Of a DNA stretch of 64,000 bases, positions 55,514 to 64,000 are shown piece by piece. Both the position numbers and the translations under genes were made by a program. The notes under the pieces were generated by a model, which worked only from the letters and a program-made list of their open reading frames with translations, did no database searches and was not told the origin of the DNA. The number at the start of each line of letters is the position of its first letter. Within the stretch, counting starts at the first letter, position 1. This DNA comes from Phoronis australis (taxonomy: Eukaryota > Animalia > Phoronida): the NCBI GenBank assembly GCA_002633005.1, contig NMRA01000282.1, positions 101,858 to 165,857 on the forward strand, in the 5' to 3' direction.

Positions 55514-56010
55514 CAGAGACCATAGAAAGGGAGACAGTCCACCTAGCGAAATCCCATCGGACGGCCACTGGCGGACACTGTTGTTTCATGTACCGTAGAG
55601 ACGTCTAGCGAGTGTGTGTGCAATAAACAAATAGGGCAAGATATCACGGCTCCCGTCAGTAAAAAAGCAACGGTGCTTATTGCACTGCCTACGGCTGTAG
55701 CAACAGTTAATTGAAAATTCATGACTTATGCTTTTTTGCTTCCTCAATGATTAAGATAGGTGGTGTTCATGATTGAAACACAGGAAATTTCTGCGTGAAA
55801 CTGTTGCCAGTCATTCAGTGATCGACTAAGTGATTTGAACTTAATGTCTTTACTGTTTCCTGCATTTGATTGCTGATATAGAAAATTGTCATAAATTGTT
55901 TGCATGATTTTGGGAACTACTGATTAGTTTATTCTATGCCCATTGATGCTTCTAATTGCCTTTTTTTCATTTCGTTCTGCAGTCTTAATACATTCAGATC
56001 TAAAAGATAA
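55514..56010. repeat. Diverged dispersed repeat, copy 2
   Basis: Direct, diverged copy of 53914-54525. Confidence 0.7.
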
Positions 56011-57039
56011 TTATATTTACTATTATTTACTAATTTTATTATTGTTTTATCATATATTTGTTTTTATATCTATTGTTGATTATTTATTATTTATTATTTA
56101 TTTTTTTGTTTATTTGCTATTACTCATTTAAATTATTTCTTGTGATCCCATACAGTCAACATCCTGGCTGTCGTTGATCGATATGGACTTCAGTGCATAA
56201 TAAATAATACTTTTATGGTTTGGTAACCTACTTGATTATTTGCCATAGGAAATGGTGAAGGAAGTGTTCTTTTAAAGGCACATTGAGCCATACATCTGTG
56301 AGCACTTCGGTAGTATGTGTAGTACCTTGGAAACTTGTTACACTCCAGTGACGATGTCGTTTGTTTAGATTTTTGTTTTGACATGGATCTTAAAACATCA
56401 AGTCAGGAAATAAGGCGTCGTTATGTTATTTAATATGAAGTTGGCCTGCCGACGCAGGCTGAATATGCCTTTAACTCCTGATAGCTGATTCAAAATGTGA
56501 ATGATTTACGAGAGCTGGAAAGCTCCATAAAAAGTACCCGAAATAGATTGCGTATTCAATAGGCATATTAGCTGTTTTATGGGGGCATACAAGGCAGGTT
56601 TACTGGACTTTAGGCAGGAATTCTATCTCTTGCTGGTTTGGAACCCCTACCCCTCTTGCCTCCAGTTTCATTCACCACAACCCACCCCAATTTGCTACCC
56701 ATTTCTGATACCATCGGGCACGGATGCTTGGGGTCCAGTGAATCAGTCCCAAATAGCGACTCCACTGTTCCCTAAAACTACTACGTTTTTGTGAGTTTTC
56801 TACGTTGAATTCTCAATATGAATGAAAATAAGTAGGGATCTTTTCATGCAATGCGCCTAATTTAAGGACTAAGTCCCTACATGTTTTGACTGAATTAAGA
56901 GCTCAGTTTTTAGTTATATTATCATAAAACGTCATAAGTCAAAAGAGGAGCTCATAATATACATAAAATGATAGAAAAATATATAAACTGTGAGCAAAGA
57001 ACAAAAAATGCCTAAAAGATTTACCAAATCAGTTGAGTA

Positions 57040-57202
57040 CAGGCGGATCCAGGGTGGGGGGTCAAAGGGGTCTGGGCCCCCATTTTCCCTGATTGTAGTG
57101 ATATCAATGCTAGAATTTTCAAATTGTTGACTTGGTCCACCTTTCTTAAAAATCATTATCCGACCGCCCCCCCACCCTTAAAAAATCCTGGATATGACCC
57201 TG
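57040..57202. mobile_element. Short GC-rich-ended MITE
   Basis: caggcggatccaggg...aaatcctggatatgaccctg, imperfect TIR with G-run/C-run subtermini. Confidence 0.55.
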
Positions 57203-59016
57203 TTGGGTCGATATTTGGGACAGTTTCATGTAAATGGGCACAGACACAGCTGCTTGAATCCAGAACGTCTTTAAGATGTGAATTTTCGAAAGAAAGATCT
57301 AATAATTTTTCCATTTTATTTTAAAACAAAGTTTGTGTGTTGAAAGCTTACATAATTAATTATTAATTAATTGATATTAACACCTGGAATATTGGGGGAA
57401 GAAAGCTATCTCTGCCCCCAACCTTTCAATTGGTTGAGGGGCACCCCCCGCTCCTATCTCTTCTTCAGTAGATCCATTTGATGTTTAATACATTCCTGAC
57501 CCCCCTGGACAAAATCCTTCAGGTTCGGTACCTGCCCATTCTCCAATAACCTACTTTCATTTGCTCAGCTCTTATTACTGAGTCTCCCTCTTGCTTATGA
57601 TGTATTTCTCGTAATTTATATTACCTTTGCTGCCCATTTTTCTCGGTTTACTCTATATTTTGCCTATGTGTATTTTTCCATTACAGTGCTCGTGTTTTTT
57701 GTTTTCAATATTTTAAACAAAGACACCTCACTGACAATTTTGAATTTGACAAACTAAGATCGGCCATAGTCAATGCCGGGCGTACATCGTCGGCCCACAC
57801 ACAACCGCTAGGTGTCGCCACGGTCCATGACGCAATAATGGCGGCGGCCTTGGTGAATAGTCTTGTTGGCGTCTCTGCCTTTCTAGACAAACACCAGCTA
57901 AGGTGACACTGAACACTTATGCTGCAGCCGCGGCCAATTTGCACGGCCAAAAAATATTAAATTCTAGAGGCAGACCAGGTTTGGGGGTAGTTTTGAGGTG
58001 TTGCACGTAGGCTCAGTGAATCTGGCTTGTATTTGTGAACATAATGGGGATCAGCAAAGACCACTTGCTCGTCTGTAGCTGCACTCTTCTTCAAGATGGT
58101 GAAACCGCATTTGTGTATTGCTGGGTAGAGACTGAGAAATCGGCTGCGATTTCACGCAGCCCTCAAACAAGCCAGAATTGAAAAAATAGTTGGTTGAAAG
58201 TACTTGTGTGCCACATTTCTGGAATCTGTTGAAAATTTGCTTTCAGAATCTAATATTGACTTTCGTCGTACATTGGCAGGGATGAGATGGGTTTGGGGTG
58301 AAAAATGCTCATCTGTAGGGCTTTTAATGTGAAATGATTCAAAAATGTCATTCTTCGTATACCGTTTTCGACAAAGTGAAGAAAAATGACAGGTCTTGAT
58401 GTGGCCAAACCCAATCAGAACTGTCCTGCCCCCCTTAATGGTCTAAACTGAAGACAACAGTGTTGACGTGTGGTACTAACGTCCACCCTCACCAGGACTA
58501 CGTTATCTCGCCTCTACCGTGGCTGCATAAGGCCTGCTGTTTTGCGAGTAGCGAGTCCCATGCTTGGGACGTATTAATGGGTTGGGCGTTGACCGAATAG
58601 AAAGAGAAAACAAGACAGGTAACCAAGATGTGATTTATTTATATCAAAATGCAGCAACATTTATGGTTTTTAAAAAAAATCAAGTCTCAAAGCTGCTTCC
58701 ACAAGGATTTTCAAGGAATACACAGACGGATTAGAAACTTACTTAAAGCGACTACAAGCCCGCGTTTGGCCGTCAAATAACACATTTTATTTAGATACGA
58801 TTTAAACGTGTTCTAAACTTGTTTCTTGTTCAAGTTTTGAATGATTTCCAGGCTATGCAAGAACTAACAGCTCGCTATTGCTGGAGACCATGGTAGACAG
58901 GCTCACAAAACGACACGACGTGAAAAGCCAAATTATCGGGCATGACCTCGGGCAATAACAAACCGTCAGCCCAGGAAAGCATGGTCTCTAATCCGAGTAA
59001 GCAAAAAGTTAAGACC

Positions 59017-59171
59017 AGCCTCCCGTTCAGTAACGCTAGGATCTCTCTAAAAAGCAAAACTTGGGGAGATTACGTGAGATATTGCCGTGTATTTCAAATG
59101 ATAACACGTGATTTTGGCGAAATTTTAGCTAAGCCCTAGCGTAGGTACTAGCGTTACTAAACGCACGCCAG
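59017..59171. mobile_element. ~150 bp MITE, copy 2
   Basis: cgttcagtaacgctag...ctagcgttactaaacg TIR; the body matches 48101-48250. Confidence 0.78.
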
Positions 59172-60201
59172 ATTTACTGCTGCAAGTGTTCTAAATCAAA
59201 AACTATTTTTTTACTGAAGGAGGGTTTGTGGTCGCTCCGAGTGCGCATGTCTCAGTGCTTAGACGATTTCTCTCCACAAATTGTCAACATCATGTTTGAC
59301 GTTTCACGTTACAAAAAAGAATACTAGGAAGTAGCAGGCAAGCTAGCTACTTATTTTAATATGAGATGAGCTTACTTTAAAGCCAAAATGGTCGCTTTAA
59401 CCATGGACTTTTGCCACTGTCTCTCATTTAACGTTTTGCATGGCGACAAATCGGGCTTTTGGGAACTCGATTGCTTGATTTTTGCTAGGCGCAATTTAGC
59501 TACGTGTATCGGTAGCATGTTCCACGTCCTTTTTAATGAGACCATATAAACGAATATTCTTCGGTCGTAGCCACAAGCAAACAGTGTATTAGGGCCTGAG
59601 GTCTAATTTTTGTACCCGAAACGGGAGTTGAACGTTAACCTTATCAGGGTTAGGTTGAACTTATACATGTAAATGCGTACTCAATCAGGCAGCGTGCATG
59701 GTTAAACTACGAGTTTGGTTCTCTGTCAAGTCTGACTTCGGAGATTAGATCCAGAACCTAGATCTATGTAACATCAACTACCATGAGGATTAACGAAACC
59801 GTACATGTAAATATTTTAGGAATACCGATTGCTGGTGGCATCGTTAAGATACCTGCCAAAGAATAAAAGTTCATATATGCAACATAGGATGGTAGACGGT
59901 GAATGCTTAAGTGTCCCTACAGTCCATCGAGGGCAGACCCCCCCCCCCCNCCCCCCCCCCCCCCAGGACATCAGTGGCCAAAAACCGTCATCGGCATGTC
60001 GTTTCGGAGCTCACGCGGACACTATTCCTTCGGAAATTATGTTTGGGTCCCCTTGCGACATCCTGGAGCCACCAATGGAGTTCATACTTATCGAGATAAA
60101 ACTTCCTGTAAACTTTACTACATTTTAAGCTAAAACAAGCGCACGAAACAGCTACTTCGCTACGAGTACATCCCCAGTGTTCAAACTCAGTTAACACTAA
60201 C

Positions 60202-63200
60202 TTAAGAAAACATTGTATCAGCAACTTCCAGAATTGTCGATCCTGAAATGTCCGGCAATTCCAAACAATCAAAACTGGCAACAATCATCTTGCGGCCTCT
60301 GCGGCGAGGAGTGATGGTAAACGTCACTTCCGCTTTGCCACCTGGGACGATGTCCCTGAAGAGAAAGACGACAGATAAAGTTGTGTTGATTTCTGTGTTA
60401 ATGACGTAGTTGTTTCACTAATTTAGAGCAATGAAGGGGTCTCATCAGTCGAAAGCTATTACAAACGTTGTAATATTTCATGAAATTAAAGTCATTTTCT
60501 CTAACTTCATAAAAAGTGACATTCAGTGTCTGATTCAACTGTGAGGGAAATTTTGTTGTTGCAACACCAGAATTTCAAATGTTGAAACTGAACTTTCTAT
60601 GAAACAAAGTGACGTCATATTGATTTCAAAGAGCATAAAGAGCATCATTTAAGCATGAGTTCTGACTAATTTATGTTATTTTTTGCGATTTTTTCATTAA
60701 AAAGGGTCCTTGAACATTTCGTGCTTAGAAAACTGAAAATCGATTTATTGATAAAAAATTAGACGAAAACAAATGCCCTGAGTGTAAGTACGCTTTTACC
60801 ATCCTCCTGGCAAACGAACAGAACTATATCAGACAGTACCACCGTCTGAACTGTGCCAGCGAAGGCGTCAGACACGTGGAGAGGCGGCAGCACAGACGGG
60901 GACCTCTACAGAAATATATGCTTACTTGACAATCTTCTCAAGAGGTCGCTGTAAAGAGGGGGCTTCAATCTCGAACTCGCATTTCGTCAATTTCTTTTGC
61001 AAAGGATTTGTGAAGGAAACGACCACGTCTACAGGTTTCTTCGCTTCAGCTTTACCTTTGACCTGGAATATTTTATGAATGACACAGACGAATGAACTCT
61101 ACACTAGCTACCACTTCACGTAGTGTAGTGGGCGGTTCGTATTCATATTTGGCTGGATGTCGATCGTTTCAGTAGTTCTTCCTAATAATAAAGATAGACA
61201 CTTCGCTTGGGATAGCTTCCGAAAGGTCAAGGTTGGTTGTCACGTGACAGTAAAGTCCATTTTACGTCATTCCACATATTGTGGGTTTCGTGAGCAGCGG
61301 CTAAGAAAGGGAAACCTTCTAACTTGCCACAAGAGTATCAAAAAACTCAATTTCGTATTTTTAATCAGTAAAATTTGTCGGATCTACAGAATAACAGGGT
61401 AGCTTCAAGCGAAATAGAGTAAAACGAAATTCAATTACAACCTCAATATCAATGTCTGGACGTTTCAGTCTGAAGTCATCATCGTCAGCATAGGTTTGCC
61501 CCGTCTCCTTTACGGTCGCAACACAGCTTATTTTCATCGCTGCCTGTTCAACAAGTTTGTCGACGTAGTCCAAAGTTGCAATGTCCATTTTCGTGACGTC
61601 GGCTATGAAAAACAGAATTTAAGCAGGAAGTTTTATTTAAACATTCATTGCTTATGCGGTGCAGTCGCCGAGACAGACTTGCATTATCTTAACTTAAACA
61701 AACGCAAGATCTCGAGCAACATGGCCGCCTCTGAAAAATTCCGGATTAGACGGTTACTGGGAGTGTGGATATACATGTATGGAGGCGAGTGTTATGAACA
61801 CCCACAATGATCATTATTTAAGAGTGGCATTATACTTACACGTGTGTGGCTGCATTACAATTGTCGACGATTGCGATTTGATACTGGCAACCGGTAATCC
61901 GGTGTATTTAACAACGGTGCAAGACAGGGTCGCAGAGATGGTGCGCGCTTCGGCGGATGTGTTCTCCATTTTTAATTCGACGGCGAAGTCACGTCCGACC
62001 ATGATGTCAGGTTTGTCGGCGAAGTTAAAGTTGACATCCTAAGAAGAATTGAATCAGTATATGCAAATAGAGCAACCGAGTAGGCGTTTTCGTAAGACAA
62101 ATAACTGCAAATTCTACGTGGAAGTATACAACAATTAGAAAAATAAAGCCCTAAAGCGACCCTGTTTGATGCCAAACCGCCTTTCTGGCCAGAGATATAT
62201 TTTCACTTCAAACGAAAGTCATTACCTTATCTCCACTGTCAGAACTGGCTTTCGGTGTATAGCGCGGCTATGCGTAGCTGAAAGTTTAACTTAACTGCGT
62301 TTGGTCCGGCTTAGTGTAATGTTGTTATTCCCAAGCCCTGGGCCCGGCTGGGGTCTAATGTTTTTACTCGAGATCGAACTCGAAATTATTTTTGTCATTT
62401 TCTGTTCTACTTTTGCACCAACTCAAGATAATTGATTATTATTGTGTGCTCCGGTAAAGCATGGTTTGTGTGGGAGTTTCTAGTTCAAGTTTGTTTTCAC
62501 TTGATGACCTTTATATTCATGCTACAAACTCGGGTAAAACTCGAGATTTCGAGTAAATACTCGAGATTTCGAGTTCAGACTCTAACTTTTATCGTTACTA
62601 CTGGGGTCATCAAGTGCAAAATTACAGTTATCCATGTAAGCCATTTACTTGGCATAGAATAATAGACAGTTATCGGAATAAAAAGAAAATAGAAAATAAC
62701 TGGTAACGAGTTTGATTTCGCGATAAAATTAGATCCTGAAGACAAACCCACTTAATCAAAGCATGAAATTGTGGTTAAGTTTTGGCACGATCGAGTTGTT
62801 CATGTATGCTATAAGCGCGAACGTATGACAGGTGAAAAAGCAATCATTCATCTCGATGGTATACACGTACTTATGGGGACGTGTGAAAACGTTGTGTCGG
62901 AGGGACGATTTTGGGAACAGTCATGTTTATTTTCAGGCTCTGTTGATACAAAATGCAGAGTCCAAAGTTGGAGAAATATATGATAAACACGAAAATCTGT
63001 GATGTCCCAAGCAATTTCTGCTTGAATTTCGTTGTTCCAAACTTCAGAGACTTCCAAAGTGGAGAATTTTTAACGTACAGTTCATGCTCTTTTCGGGTAA
63101 TCCAGTAACTCCAGTTTGACACAACAGCCACGGTCATGAAGCATAGTCGAAGATACCTACCGCTTGAGTATCTGGAGTACCTTCGTCCTCGACTACGTTA

Positions 63201-63240
63201 CTGTAGGCTTTAAGGACGGCTTCTCGCTCTTTTGATGTTC
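60202..63240 (-). CDS. Protein-glutamine gamma-glutamyltransferase (transglutaminase), 3' half: end of core plus two C-terminal beta-barrels; 5' part lies beyond the window
   Basis: Phase-consistent GT-AG exons 63161-63240 (GTSKEREAVLKA), 61840-62038 (DVNF...IMVGRDF...YTG), 61442-61602 (DYVDKLVEQ...VKETGQTYADDDDFRLKRP), 60926-61062 (VSFTNPLQKKLTKCEFEIEAP) and 60202-60355 (DIVPGG...TPRRRGRKMIVASFD...TMFS*). Confidence 0.93.
62337..62738. mobile_element. MITE related to 10803-11210, in a transglutaminase intron
   Basis: ctgggcccgg...tactcgagatcgaactcgaaattattttt...ggagtttctagttcaagtttg... co-linear with the 10803 element. Confidence 0.7.
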
Positions 63241-64000
63241 CTGGAAATAAACTTTTTGTGAGTTTTAAGTTCTACAAACAAAACATGCGTTATATCATCA
63301 AAACGTTTAATAGGTCTACCGTATAAATGAATGAGTTGAATTCTGGTTGACGAGTGTCATTTTGAATTCAAAAAAGTGAGCCAGTGACCCACTTGCTTCT
63401 ATTTACTGTCTGCACTTTGCTGGTTATATAAGGTGCGCCCTCTCGCAGTTGATGGTATAATTGTCCTCCTTGACACAGCGCACAGTACTTCTTGAAACAG
63501 AGCTTGGGGTAGAAGGTCAAAGTAATTTTAACAGCACTGCAGAAGACTGTGGAACGGAAGTACAATAGGAGAGGTTTGGCTCTCACTTTTCGAAGCCGGT
63601 ATAACAAAAAGGAGTCCGGGCTTAGGTCGCAACTGAATGCTACACGAATTTGAATGCTAAACGTAGTGGACTTTTATTCAAGAAATATCAATGTGCTCCC
63701 TTTAAATGCATGCTCATGACAGGACAATGCATTCAGGGATGCACCAAATTCTTTTACACCGGGATTCGAATCCTTTGTTCAATGCCCAACCATGAAGCAT
63801 TGTACCAATTATCTCTTGACACAGTGCTCGCAAACAATCTTTCTCAGCGCTACGCTATACAGATGGCGCTATAATCGAGAAGGCTGGAATTGGGGAATAA
63901 AATAATGAGACAATGATATTGAGGCTTTGCCGCAAAGTAGCGAATTTCACCATGCTCCGATAAAATCTCTCGGTCCAGTTCGATCCGGCTTATGCAAGTC

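Noticed and set aside
59937-59964. Long poly-C run (G-quadruplex/poly-Pro ORFs)
   Set aside because: Contains an N, so length is uncertain; it lies in what appears to be a small GC-rich repeat element.

Overview
Eukaryotic, intron-rich, AT-rich animal genomic DNA. Gene and repeat content suggests a marine invertebrate, probably a lophotrochozoan (inference). Three genes are clear: (1) a + strand C2H2 zinc-finger gene (CDS 1163-1618 + 2977-4335); (2) a - strand TGF-beta/activin type I receptor of the ALK4/5/7 (TGFBR1/baboon) class spanning at least 9970-40823, rebuilt by hand from GT-AG exons; (3) the 3' half of a - strand transglutaminase (60202-63240, continuing past the window). The most interesting locus is the receptor. 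It has two tandem, highly divergent exons (36517-36680 and 36154-36305), each encoding the C-terminal half of the ligand-binding domain, and their phases force mutually exclusive use. The shared ectodomain exon has lost one cysteine pair, and the kinase L45 loop and P-loop are divergent. The intron upstream of the alternative exons holds a ~2.9 kb foldback of two inverted Helentron-type elements plus a ~225 bp hairpin. The window also contains an intact-looking minimal hammerhead ribozyme (14352-14399), Penelope and LINE remnants, HINE/DINE-1-like elements, MITEs, SINE heads, minisatellites and a speculative orphan gene. All exon calls are manual and lack transcript support. The receptor's signal-peptide exon was not identified.
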